From contig JBBDRF010000012.1 in assembly GCA_040905565.1 (NCBI GenBank), forward strand, positions 119,966 to 183,965: a stretch of DNA of 64,000 bases, given 5' to 3'. The DNA comes from Phycisphaeraceae bacterium. Lineage in GTDB: Bacteria; Planctomycetota; Phycisphaerae; Phycisphaerales; Zrk34. The notes beneath the pieces are model-generated. The model had not been told where the DNA came from, searched no databases, and saw only the letters and a list, made by a program, of their open reading frames with translations. Shown piece after piece: positions 1 through 10,116 of the stretch (position 1 is its first letter; each line of letters begins with the position of its first letter). Made by a program: the position numbers and the translations under genes.

Positions 1-735
1 CCCGGTGACAGGCGATTCGCCCGTCGCCAGAAGACGATCGAGCAGCGAGAGGGCGTCGCGCATGGACCCGTTGCCGAGGCGGGCGACCTGGAACAGCACG
101 CCGTCTTCCGCTTCGATATTTTCCTTGGCGATCACTCCACGCAGATGCTCGACGATGCGGCCGGTCGGAATGTTCTTGAAATCGAACCGCTGACAGCGCG
201 AGTGAATCGTCGGCAGCACCTTGTGCGGTTCGGTCGTGCAGAGGATGAACTTCAGATGCGAAGGCGGCTCTTCCATGATCTTCAGGAGCGTGTTGAACGC
301 GTCCTTGGTGAGCATGTGCACTTCGTCGATGATGTAAACTTTGAAGCGGGCGTTGCCGGATGGCGCGAGGCCGGCGTTCGCGATGAGCTTGCGGGCATCG
401 TCGACGCCCCGGTTCGAAGCACCGTCGATCTCGATAACGTTCATGTCCTCGCCGCGCATGATGGCGTCGGCCATACGCTGCTGGACGTCCTCCGCAGGGT
501 ATTCCACGCCATCGGGCTTGGGGCAGTTGGCGACGGTGTCGGGGGCGTTGAGGGCGCGGGCGAAGATGCGGGCGAGGGAGGTTTTGCCCACGCCTCGCGT
601 GCCGCTGAAGAGGTAGGCGTGATGCAGACGGTCCCGGGCGATGGCGGCCTTGAGCGTCTGCGCAATCGGCTCCTGGGCCACGACATCGTCGAAGCTTTGC
701 GAGCGGTAACGGCGAGCGAGAGCGGTGTAGGACAT
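1..735 (-). CDS. dnaX: DNA polymerase III subunit gamma/tau (partial, runs off window start)
   Basis: Not in the ORF track. Manual minus-strand translation from ATG at 735 gives MSYTALARRYRSQSFDDVVAQEPIAQTL...HAYLFSGTRGVGKTSLARIFA, with a Walker A motif, EIDGASNRG and IIDEVHML. Confidence 0.95.
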   Translation of the reverse strand, partial: MSYTALARRYRSQSFDDVVAQEPIAQTLKAAIARDRLHHAYLFSGTRGVGKTSLARIFARALNAPDTVANCPKPDGVEYPAEDVQQRMADAIMRGEDMNVIEIDGASNRGVDDARKLIANAGLAPSGNARFKVYIIDEVHMLTKDAFNTLLKIMEEPPSHLKFILCTTEPHKVLPTIHSRCQRFDFKNIPTGRIVEHLRGVIAKENIEAEDGVLFQVARLGNGSMRDALSLLDRLLATGESPVTG

Positions 736-830
736 GGGAGGCTTCGCTTTTGAGCGGGGGCAACCCTCGTCCATCGGCGGCGGAAGGGCACGGCGCCCGC
801 GCGGCAGGCGACGAAGGGCACAAAAACACA

Positions 831-954
831 TCGGATCGGCGAGCGACCAGGACACCAACGGCACCGGGCAACGGCCGCTTATGGCTGCTGCGATCAAGCC
901 CTGACCAGGTTCACGGGCTACCCGTGCATCGGGCCCGGCCGCTCGCCGATCCGA
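831..954 (-). ncRNA. ffs: Small bacterial SRP RNA (4.5S)
   Basis: Minus strand reads GUGAACCUGGUCAGG-GCUUGAUCGC-AGCAGCCAUAAGC, the SRP domain IV signature. It lies inside a long hairpin closed by a 15-bp stem (831-845 with 940-954), directly upstream of dnaX, which is a common synteny. Confidence 0.88.
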
Positions 955-1012
955 CGTGCGAGGCACATGATAGGGCCGATCGGGCGGATGGGCAAAGGGC
1001 GGGCCTGGGGCG

Positions 1013-1100
1013 GAATGCTCAAGCCCCAATGCCCAATGCCCAATGCTCAAAGGCGGTACGGGTCCTGTTGAGCATTGGGCATTAGGGCATTGAGCATTTC
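1013..1100. repeat. Inverted repeat built from tandem heptamers (AATGCCC/AATGCTC)
   Basis: Left arm gaatgctcaagccccaatgcccaatgcccaatgctcaa; right arm ttgagcattgggcattagggcattgagcatttc. Confidence 0.8.
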
Positions 1101-1177
1101 ACGGACTTGATGTTCGAGCCTTGGGGGCTTTTAATGGTGGACTCAGACGCAAAGCCTTTTACGCCATGGAGCGTTCG

Positions 1178-1750
1178 ATGAACGACGCAGCCTCGACCGA
1201 AACCGCCCCCACCCACGACCATCCCACGCTCAAGCGCCTCAAGGATAAGTTCGCCGGCTCCGGGCTGCGGGCGGCACAGTTCCGCGAGCAGACCACGGTC
1301 GTCGTCCCTAAAGAGAAGCTGCACGAGCTTTTGCAGTTCCTCCGGGACGATCCCGAATCGCGCTACGACCTGCTCTCGGATGTCTGCGGCGTCGACTACC
1401 TTAACTACCCCGGTGCGGAGGGACGCTTCGGCGTCATCTACAACCTCGTGTCCACGCAGTTCAATCGGCGGTTCTTTGTGAAGGTGCTGCTCGATGCGAC
1501 GCTCGACACCAGCGGCATCGTCGACGATCCCGGGCTGCATATTCCGACGGCCACGGACCTCTGGCCCGGGGCTGAGTGGAACGAACGCGAAGTGTTCGAC
1601 ATGTTCGGCATCCGCTTCGATGGCCACCCCGATCTCCGCCGCATTCTGATGTGGGAAAGCTACCCCGCGCATCCGCTGCGGAAAGATTATCCCATCACCG
1701 GCCGCGGCGAACGCGAACAGTACCGCGTGCTGGACCGCGACTCGGCCTGA
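1178..1750 (+). CDS. nuoC: NADH-quinone oxidoreductase subunit C
   Basis: LSDVCGVDY, WPGAEWNEREVFDMFGIRFDGHPDLRRILMW and HPLRKDYP motifs. Start chosen after GGAG; 1166 is an alternative. Confidence 0.93.
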   Translation: MNDAASTETAPTHDHPTLKRLKDKFAGSGLRAAQFREQTTVVVPKEKLHELLQFLRDDPESRYDLLSDVCGVDYLNYPGAEGRFGVIYNLVSTQFNRRFFVKVLLDATLDTSGIVDDPGLHIPTATDLWPGAEWNEREVFDMFGIRFDGHPDLRRILMWESYPAHPLRKDYPITGRGEREQYRVLDRDSA

Positions 1751-1753
1751 GTT

Positions 1754-3610
1754 TCAGGGGCGAGACGTCGGTTGATCGTCGGGGGTGTTGACCGCTTCGT
1801 CGGGTATAGTGGCGGTGGGGCGGATTTCGCCGCTCGCCAGGCGTTTGCGGTAATCGGCCAGCATCTTGGCTGCGGTGCCGCTGAGCAGCACCATCACGAT
1901 GATGTTGGGGAACGCGGCGGCGAAGAAGGTGATATCGGCAAAGGCGACGATGTTGGCGACGCCGATCATCGGGCCCAGCAGCACCAGCAGCACGAAAAAG
2001 ACGCGAAACGGCGTGACGGCACGCGGGCCGAGCAGGTATTCCGCCCCGCGGTCGCCGTAGTAGCTCCACGAGATCATCGTCGAGTAGGCGAACACCAGCA
2101 CTGCGGGGACCAGGCAATAACCGAGCATCCAGTGCACCTCAGCGAAGGCCGTCGCGGTCAGCACCGCCCCCTCAAGCGTGGTGCCGGGCTCGCCTTGAAG
2201 ATGCACGGCGGTGATCAGAATCGTCAGGGCGGTCATCGAGCAGATGACGATCGTGTCGATGAACGGCCCGAGCATAGCGACGAGGCCCTCGCGCACCGGC
2301 TCACGGGTTCTCGCAGCGGCGTGGGCGATGGCGGCGGAACCGATGCCCGCTTCGTTGGAGAACATGCCGCGGCGCATGCCCATGATCAGCACGCCGATGA
2401 ACCCGCCGTAGATGGCGGGCCCGGTGAACGCCTCGGCGAAGATGCTGCCGATGAGGGCGGGGACGTCGGCGAGGTTCGCGAGGATGATCACCAGACAGAC
2501 GGCGACATAGAAGACGCACATGGCGGGGACGATCTTGCTGGCGACGCTGCCGATGCGGCGGATGCCGCCGATGATCACGATACCGACGAGCAGGGCGAGG
2601 GCGACGCCGAACGTCCAGCGGACCTCCTGCCCCTGCAACGGTGAGATGACCGCTGCACTGATGCCGTAGCTGGTCTTCGTCTGGAACAGTGCGACGCCGA
2701 ATGCTGCACAGATGATGAACACGGCATACGCAGCGGCCAATACCTTCGCTGTGGGCTTCCACGCACCGCCCCAGCTGCCGAGCCCGTCGGCGATGACCAC
2801 CATCGGCCCGCCGAGCACGTGACCGTCTTTACCGATGCGGCGATGCACCTGGCTGAGCGTGCATTCGCAGAACTTCATGCTCATGCCGAGGAACCCGCTC
2901 AGCCACATCCAGAATACGGCTCCGGGTCCGCCGGCTGCGATGGCGATGGCGACGCCTGCGATGTTGCCCAGCCCCAGCGTGGCCGATAGGGCGGAGCTGA
3001 GGGCCTGGAAGTGGGAGATTTCGCCTTTGTCGCGAGGGTCGTCGTACCTGCCCAGGGTGCAGGCGAGACCGTGGCCGAACATGCGTAGATGGACGAGGCC
3101 GAAGCGCAGCGTGAAAAACAGCCCGCCCGCCAGCAGCACGATGACGATGAAGGGGATGCCGCCTTGCCGTGAGCGGGCACCCTCGGTGACGGGGTCGATG
3201 CCGTTCGCCTCCAGGTAAGCCATCGCCGCCTGCTGCTTTGCGGCGGGGACGAGTACGGCACGGCCGTCGGACTCCTCCGTTTCATCGACCCACGTGACGA
3301 TGTTCGCGCCGCCGTCGCTTGGCCGTCCGCTCAGTTCGGCCGCCACCGCCTCGGCTGAGGCTTCGTCGCCGTGATAGACCTCGACAGCTTGGCTGCGGAA
3401 CAGCGGGACGGCGATGAAGTAATCCCAAAGGGGCCCAGAGATGTACGTGCCAAACCATGCGTCGATGCGATCGGCGGTGGTCGGCTGAGGCTCAGGAACC
3501 GCCTCGGCCTCGGCGGCAAAAACGGGGCCGCTCAGCGTTCCCACCAACATCAATAGTACCGCAAAGATCGACAAGAAACGGGAAGCGTGTCGCATCACAA
3601 CATCCTGCAT
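1754..3610 (-). CDS. Alanine/glycine:cation symporter (AGCS) with N-terminal extension
   Basis: GEISHFQALSSALSATLGLGNIAGVA, GGPGAVFWMW, FSNEAGIGSA and GPFIDTIVICSMT. Start may be 3595. Confidence 0.9.
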   Translation of the reverse strand: MQDVVMRHASRFLSIFAVLLMLVGTLSGPVFAAEAEAVPEPQPTTADRIDAWFGTYISGPLWDYFIAVPLFRSQAVEVYHGDEASAEAVAAELSGRPSDGGANIVTWVDETEESDGRAVLVPAAKQQAAMAYLEANGIDPVTEGARSRQGGIPFIVIVLLAGGLFFTLRFGLVHLRMFGHGLACTLGRYDDPRDKGEISHFQALSSALSATLGLGNIAGVAIAIAAGGPGAVFWMWLSGFLGMSMKFCECTLSQVHRRIGKDGHVLGGPMVVIADGLGSWGGAWKPTAKVLAAAYAVFIICAAFGVALFQTKTSYGISAAVISPLQGQEVRWTFGVALALLVGIVIIGGIRRIGSVASKIVPAMCVFYVAVCLVIILANLADVPALIGSIFAEAFTGPAIYGGFIGVLIMGMRRGMFSNEAGIGSAAIAHAAARTREPVREGLVAMLGPFIDTIVICSMTALTILITAVHLQGEPGTTLEGAVLTATAFAEVHWMLGYCLVPAVLVFAYSTMISWSYYGDRGAEYLLGPRAVTPFRVFFVLLVLLGPMIGVANIVAFADITFFAAAFPNIIVMVLLSGTAAKMLADYRKRLASGEIRPTATIPDEAVNTPDDQPTSRP

Positions 3611-3712
3611 AAGCGAAAATGAACAGCCGAATCGTCAGCTTAGCCTGTGCAGATGGCCGTCCCACGTCAAGGCGCAAAAGCCGATGGCCTGACGCCGTCG
3701 AAGTCAGGAACC

Positions 3713-3747
3713 AAAAAAAACGCCCCGACCATCAAAGGTCGGGGCGT
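3713..3747 (-). terminator. Rho-independent terminator downstream of gap
   Basis: Stem cgccccgacc/ggtcggggcg followed by T8 on the minus strand. Confidence 0.8.
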
Positions 3748-3817
3748 CGTCAAAATCTAGCTACCACGTTCGCCACGCACTTTCAGCACGCTTGGAACGG
3801 TGGGGGCAGGTGGGGTC

Positions 3818-5023
<1,206 letters not shown>

Positions 5024-5045
5024 TCACGTGGACAGGTGGGGCGGC

Positions 5046-5807
5046 TCAGTCCTGCGAGATGGTGATGGTCGAGACGTAGCGGTCGGCGGGGGTGAGCCGT
5101 TCCATGTAGTCCACGAAGGGGCGATACAGCCCCGGCTCGCGAACGGCACTGTAAACACGATGGACGCTGTCGATCCGGGCGACATTGTCCAGCGTCAGCG
5201 TGACATCCACCAGTTCGCCGTTTCGCACGATGTGAAGCGTCATCTCCTCGCCAGCTTCGTACTCCGCGAGGTAGTCACGAAACCGCTCGACGGTCAGATC
5301 GCTGGCGAAACGTGCCCCATCGAGCCCGATCACCATATCGCCAGCATGGAGGTGGACGAAGGCGGGGAAGCCCGGGACGGTTTCGGTCAGCAGCACGGCA
5401 GGGCCATCAAGCTCGGAGAAGTCGTCCGCTTTGAGCACACGCTCCATGCCGCGCTCGCCGAGGTCGATGCCGAGGCCGCCTCGGCCGCGATCGAGCGGTG
5501 CGTCGATCGGGTTCAAATCGTGGTAGTAGCGGTGCATGGCCACTTGTCGCAGGCGGTGGACCTGTTCGGGAATCTCAGCCTCGCCCAAAGCGGTCGTCAG
5601 CTGTTCCTCGGTCAGCGGCTCATAGGCCATGAGCGCCCGCGTGGCCTGCTCACGCGTGTCGTAATCGGCATCGGCGAGCTGGGCGACCAGTCGTTCGACG
5701 GAGGTTTGTGAAGGCGCAGCATCTTCCGCGAATGTGGGGGCTGCGGTCATCACGAAGGTCACAAGGACCGCAAGTCCGAGAGCCTTATCCCGAAGGTAAT
5801 ACGTCAT
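5046..5807 (-). CDS. Secreted PDZ-domain protein with N-terminal helical repeat
   Basis: Signal peptide; LVAQLADADYDTREQATRAL; GGLGI...PGFPA...LHAGDMVIGLDG...LHIVRNGE (PDZ). Confidence 0.7.
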   Translation of the reverse strand: MTYYLRDKALGLAVLVTFVMTAAPTFAEDAAPSQTSVERLVAQLADADYDTREQATRALMAYEPLTEEQLTTALGEAEIPEQVHRLRQVAMHRYYHDLNPIDAPLDRGRGGLGIDLGERGMERVLKADDFSELDGPAVLLTETVPGFPAFVHLHAGDMVIGLDGARFASDLTVERFRDYLAEYEAGEEMTLHIVRNGELVDVTLTLDNVARIDSVHRVYSAVREPGLYRPFVDYMERLTPADRYVSTITISQD

Positions 5808-5894
5808 AAGCACCTCATGCGAAACCTCCGCATTGTAGCACACGCTGCGGTCGGGACGAACAACCGCTTGATTCACGGGCCAGCGGTGGGGGGG

Positions 5895-7019
5895 TCAGTT
5901 GAGCAGGTTCGCCAGGTCGTCGGCGTGTTCCTGAAGCCAGCGAACCTTGCGTTCGATCATCAGCATAAAGCCCACGCCGTTCATGCGGGCGAAGGAGCCG
6001 GTGGCGGCGACGGGGATCACGCTCTCGGCGATCAGGGCTTCGATCATCAGCCAGGGCACGACGCGCAGCTCGGATTTGCTGATCACGTTCACGCCGTCGT
6101 ACCCGCGGAGGAAGCCTTTGAAGCGTTCTTCGTCGATGCAATCGGGCCAGTGGGAGGCATCGTCGCCGCCGCCGAGGATGGAGAACTGGAGCGCGCCGTT
6201 GGCGACGTCGATCACACGCTGTTGCAGGCGGGCGGCGTCGTAGTCGATCACGCCCACCACGCGCGCCCGGCGGAAGAGCATGTTGCCCGGGTGCCAATCG
6301 CAATGGATGATCTGCATGGGCCAGTCGGTCAGGCCGATCTCGTTGGCGCGGGTGGCGGCTTCGTTGTAGCTGGTGTGGAGGAAACGGCAGACCTGCTCGA
6401 TTTTCGCGCCGTTGGTTTCCCACTCGGGATCCATGCGTTCGAGGGTCTGCGTCACCTGCTGCATGGCGTTCTGCACGCCTCGCGAAGCATGGTATGACCC
6501 GCGCGGAGGTTCGTACTCGGGGTTGTAGGCCGAGGCGAGCTTGTGGAAGACGCCGAGCGTTTTGCCCGCATCCTGCGTGGCCTGGAGGGAGTTGTCGTAG
6601 CCGGTGCCGTTGATGAACTCGAAGACTTCGTAGATGGCTCCCTTCCACTGAAGCATCGAGTTGTTGTCCCGGCGGGTGCCCACCAGGTGCGGCAGCGGGA
6701 ACTGGCGCGAGGCCAGGTACAGCTGCAACGAATGACAGAAGGCGACCTTGAACGGATCGTCCTTCCCACGCGCCCGGCGCTTGAGCAGATAAGTATCTTT
6801 TTCGGTGCGGAGCAGGGCTTTGGGAGCCCGGCGGGAGCCTCGGGGGTACTGCTGAATGGCTTCGATGACGCCGAGGTCGAAATGGCTGAGCACGATCGCC
6901 AGTTCGTCGGCGTTGAACCGTTCCCGCTCTTCGCTGGAGCCGAGCGCAGACATCTCAGCGCCGGCACTGCTGGTCACGACGGTGGCGGTACTCGTTTTGC
7001 CGGGGTCCATCTTTGACAT
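5895..7019 (-). CDS. APH-like phosphotransferase (type II homoserine kinase-like)
   Basis: IIHCDWHPGNMLF (HxD catalytic loop) and GVIDYD; N-terminus resembles type II ThrB. Confidence 0.75.
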   Translation of the reverse strand: MSKMDPGKTSTATVVTSSAGAEMSALGSSEERERFNADELAIVLSHFDLGVIEAIQQYPRGSRRAPKALLRTEKDTYLLKRRARGKDDPFKVAFCHSLQLYLASRQFPLPHLVGTRRDNNSMLQWKGAIYEVFEFINGTGYDNSLQATQDAGKTLGVFHKLASAYNPEYEPPRGSYHASRGVQNAMQQVTQTLERMDPEWETNGAKIEQVCRFLHTSYNEAATRANEIGLTDWPMQIIHCDWHPGNMLFRRARVVGVIDYDAARLQQRVIDVANGALQFSILGGGDDASHWPDCIDEERFKGFLRGYDGVNVISKSELRVVPWLMIEALIAESVIPVAATGSFARMNGVGFMLMIERKVRWLQEHADDLANLLN

Positions 7020-7118
7020 CTCAGTCACGCGTCCAGCTGAATGATCGCATAGCCGTGAACCAGACCGTACCACGCAAACCCACCGCCCCCAGCATGCCTT
7101 CGCCCAGAAGCGGAGGGG

Positions 7119-8024
7119 TTATTCGACGTTTTGGACCTGTTCTTTCATCCGGTCGATGGCACCTTTGATCTCGACGATCATGCGGGCGATGTCGGCATTG
7201 TTGGACTTGCTACCGATGGTGTTCGCTTCCCGCAGCAGCTCCTGCGTTACGAAGTCGAGCGTGCGGCCGACGGGCCGACTCTCCTCCTCCTTCAGGATGT
7301 CCGCAAACTGCTCGAGATGGGCACGCAGGCGTTGCAGCTCTTCGCTGATATCGCACCGCTCAGCAAAGATCGCCACCTCACGCACCAGGTCGACCTCCTG
7401 CACGGCAAGCTCAGCCCGGGCGGTAAGATCGTCGATTCGGGATCGCAGGCGCTGATGATATTCCTCGACCACGCCGGGCGCACGCTCGAAAATGATGCCC
7501 AGCCGTTGCTCGATGTAATCAACGTGGGAGAGCAGGTCGTCGCGGAGACCTTCGCCTTCGCTGCGACGCATCGCCATCAGCTTGTCACATGCCTGAGCGA
7601 CCAGTTCGTGAATGACGGGGCGGGCCTCGGCGACGAGCTCGGATTCGTCCGGCTGCTGCACCACGCCGGGCAGGCCCAGCAGCGACGCGAGTTCAATCAC
7701 CACCGCGTCAGGGCGGCCGAGGTCGCCGACGGCTTTCTTTTCGATCGTCTCAAGATGTTCCAGGTAGCGGTGCAGGGCTGCTTCGTTGACCTCGTAAGCA
7801 GCGGTGGCGGCGGTGCGTTTGTAGCTGACGCTGAGCGTCACCGAACCGCGTGCCAGACGCTTACGCAGCAGGGATTCAAGCTCCGCCTCCATCACCGCCA
7901 GTTCCTCAGGCAAGCGAACGCTCGCTTTGAGATAGCGGTTGTTCAAGCTGCGGATTTCCACGGCGTAGGAGACCTCGTCCCGAACGCACGTCGCATCGCC
8001 GAAACCGGTCATCGACTGAATCAA
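7119..8024 (-). CDS. yicC: YicC/YloC family endoribonuclease
   Basis: TTG start after GGAGG gives MIQSMTGFG. Also EIRSLNNRYL, DISEELQRL, GRTLDFVTQELLREANTIGSK and MKEQVQNVE. Confidence 0.92.
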   Translation of the reverse strand: MIQSMTGFGDATCVRDEVSYAVEIRSLNNRYLKASVRLPEELAVMEAELESLLRKRLARGSVTLSVSYKRTAATAAYEVNEAALHRYLEHLETIEKKAVGDLGRPDAVVIELASLLGLPGVVQQPDESELVAEARPVIHELVAQACDKLMAMRRSEGEGLRDDLLSHVDYIEQRLGIIFERAPGVVEEYHQRLRSRIDDLTARAELAVQEVDLVREVAIFAERCDISEELQRLRAHLEQFADILKEEESRPVGRTLDFVTQELLREANTIGSKSNNADIARMIVEIKGAIDRMKEQVQNVE

Positions 8025-8061
8025 GCAGCAGCCTCCGTCAGCGTTGTCGTCGCAGCGGCGA

Positions 8062-8577
8062 TCACGGTTGTTCCGTGGGCGCAGGCGGCGTGTCAGATTC
8101 GGCCTCATCGGGGCTGGTCTGCTCGTTCACCGGCGCGTCGGGCGTGGTGGGGGCAGCGCCCTGTCCTTCGGGCTGATCGGGCAGCTGCGTGGGAATCTCG
8201 CTGTTTTCCAGGTCGATCTCCAAACCCTCGTCCTCGCCGGTGGTGGTCGGGGGCGTGGTTGGCTCCTCAGGCTGCTCCATCTCGATCACCTGCTGATCTT
8301 CGACGGTGGCACCGCTTTCATCATCGCGTGTGGCGTACACCAGTGCGATCGCCAGAAGCAGGAAACAGGTAAAGGCTGCGACGGTGAACCACGTCAGCGC
8401 GTCGCCCGCTTTGGCGCCGAAGACGGCGCCGCCGCCGCCTGCGCCGCCGAACGCGCCGCTGAGGCCGCCGCCCTTGGGCTTCTGGATCAGGATCACCAGC
8501 ACCAGAAAGATGCAGGTGAGGATGAACAACGTGGTGAGCACGTTGACGAGAATGTTGCTTAGCGTGAGGGTGAGCAT
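8062..8577 (-). CDS. secG: Preprotein translocase subunit SecG with acidic tail
   Basis: LVILIQKPKGGGLSGAFGG, two TM helices, downstream of tpiA. Confidence 0.92.
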   Translation of the reverse strand: MLTLTLSNILVNVLTTLFILTCIFLVLVILIQKPKGGGLSGAFGGAGGGGAVFGAKAGDALTWFTVAAFTCFLLLAIALVYATRDDESGATVEDQQVIEMEQPEEPTTPPTTTGEDEGLEIDLENSEIPTQLPDQPEGQGAAPTTPDAPVNEQTSPDEAESDTPPAPTEQP

Positions 8578-8626
8578 GAGTCGCGTAATCCTTTTATCGC
8601 GGCTTGTCGGTCAGCGGGAGATGATC

Positions 8627-9391
8627 TTAGCCCGCTGCCTGCACGATGGCGGCAAAGTCGGCAGCCTTCAGCGAGGCCCCGCCGATGAGCCCGCCGTCGA
8701 TGTCCTTCTGTCCGAAGAGTTCCGCAGCGTTGCCCGGTTTGCAAGAGCCGCCGTACTGAAGCCTTGTCGCCTCGGCCACCTGCTTGCCGTACATCTGCGT
8801 CAGGGCCTCGCGGATGGCCGCGTGGGCGTCCTGGGCATCCTGAGCGCTGGCCGTCTTGCCCGTGCCGATCGCCCAGACCGGTTCGTAGGCGACGACGACG
8901 CGTTGCATCTGCTCCGCAGTGACGCCAGCCAGACCGTAATATAGCTGCGCAACGTTGATCGCGTCTGTCTGGTTCGCCTCACGCTGCTCAATTTTTTCGC
9001 CCACGCACAGAATCACGTTCAGGCCGGCGTCGAGGGCCGCCCGTGTTTTCGTGTTGATCTGCACGTCGGTTTCGCCGATCACATGCCGACGTTCGCTGTG
9101 CCCCGTCAGCACCCACGTGACACCGAGATCCTTGAGCATCGCCAGGCTGACTTCGCCTGTAAACGCCCCGTTATCCTCAGGGTAAACATTCTGAGCGCCG
9201 AGCTGGATCGAACTTGAAGCCTGCTCAAGCTGCCGCGCTGTCTGCTGGAGATAGGGGAACGGCGGGCAGATCACCACGTCCGCGGCGGAGCCGGCGAGCT
9301 CCTGGGTCAGCTGCGAAACCAGCGTCTCCGCTTCGGCTGCGTTCAGGTTCATCTTCCAGTTGCCGCCCACAATGGGCTTGCGATCGCTCAT
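8627..9391 (-). CDS. tpiA: Triosephosphate isomerase
   Basis: GNWKMN, GHSERR, AYEPVWAIGTG, YGGS and GGASLK. Confidence 0.98.
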   Translation of the reverse strand: MSDRKPIVGGNWKMNLNAAEAETLVSQLTQELAGSAADVVICPPFPYLQQTARQLEQASSSIQLGAQNVYPEDNGAFTGEVSLAMLKDLGVTWVLTGHSERRHVIGETDVQINTKTRAALDAGLNVILCVGEKIEQREANQTDAINVAQLYYGLAGVTAEQMQRVVVAYEPVWAIGTGKTASAQDAQDAHAAIREALTQMYGKQVAEATRLQYGGSCKPGNAAELFGQKDIDGGLIGGASLKAADFAAIVQAAG

Positions 9392-9506
9392 CAGGTCTGT
9401 ACTCCGCTTTGTCGGTTGGCCGTTGAAAATCGAACCGTAGCTTATAGCACATTCCTACGTGGGTTGCACGCCATCGGGGCTTCGAGAATTGCTCTACACT
9501 ACCGGC

Positions 9507-9980
9507 ATGGTCAGCGTTTTTATCGGCATCGGATCGAACCTCGGCGACAGGCGCGCCCATCTCGCCTTCGCCCAGCAGCAGTTGGCGGCGCTGCGGGAGA
9601 CTCGACTGCTGGCGTTTTCCACAGTGCGCGAGACGGCCCCGGTGGGCCCGGTTGAAATGGGGGCCTTTTTGAACGCCGTCGCTCAGATCGAGACCGAGCT
9701 TGAGCCGCTGGACCTGCTCGCTGAGCTTCAGGAGATCGAGCGACGCACCGGCCGTGTCCGCAGCATCCGCTGGGGCCCTCGGACGCTGGATCTGGACATT
9801 TTGCTCTACGGCGAGCGTATCATCCAGACGCCTGGACTGATCGTGCCGCACCTCGAGCTTCATCGTCGACCGTTCGTGCTTGAGCCGCTGGTGGAGATCG
9901 GCCCGGATGTGCGGCATCCAAAGTTCAACAAGTCGGCAGCCGAGTTGTACCAGCAGTGCACCGAAAGCCGAGATGTGTGA
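9507..9980 (+). CDS. folK: 2-amino-4-hydroxy-6-hydroxymethyldihydropteridine diphosphokinase
   Basis: IGIGSNLGDR, FLNAV, RWGPRTLDLDILLY and VPH...RPFVLEPL. Confidence 0.95.
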   Translation: MVSVFIGIGSNLGDRRAHLAFAQQQLAALRETRLLAFSTVRETAPVGPVEMGAFLNAVAQIETELEPLDLLAELQEIERRTGRVRSIRWGPRTLDLDILLYGERIIQTPGLIVPHLELHRRPFVLEPLVEIGPDVRHPKFNKSAAELYQQCTESRDV

Positions 9981-10116
9981 ACATGCGGTGGGGGAACTCT
10001 TCCGGCGTCTGTACGTCGAAGGGTGTTAATGGTAAATTAGATAAGGTGAAGCGGCATCTGCCTCTTACCTAACGCTGAGAATTCGCTCCCCAAAAACAGA
10101 CGACGCGGCTGGAACA

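Noticed and set aside
145..753. 202-aa plus-strand ORF
   Set aside because: Antisense shadow of dnaX, which is clearly encoded on the minus strand.
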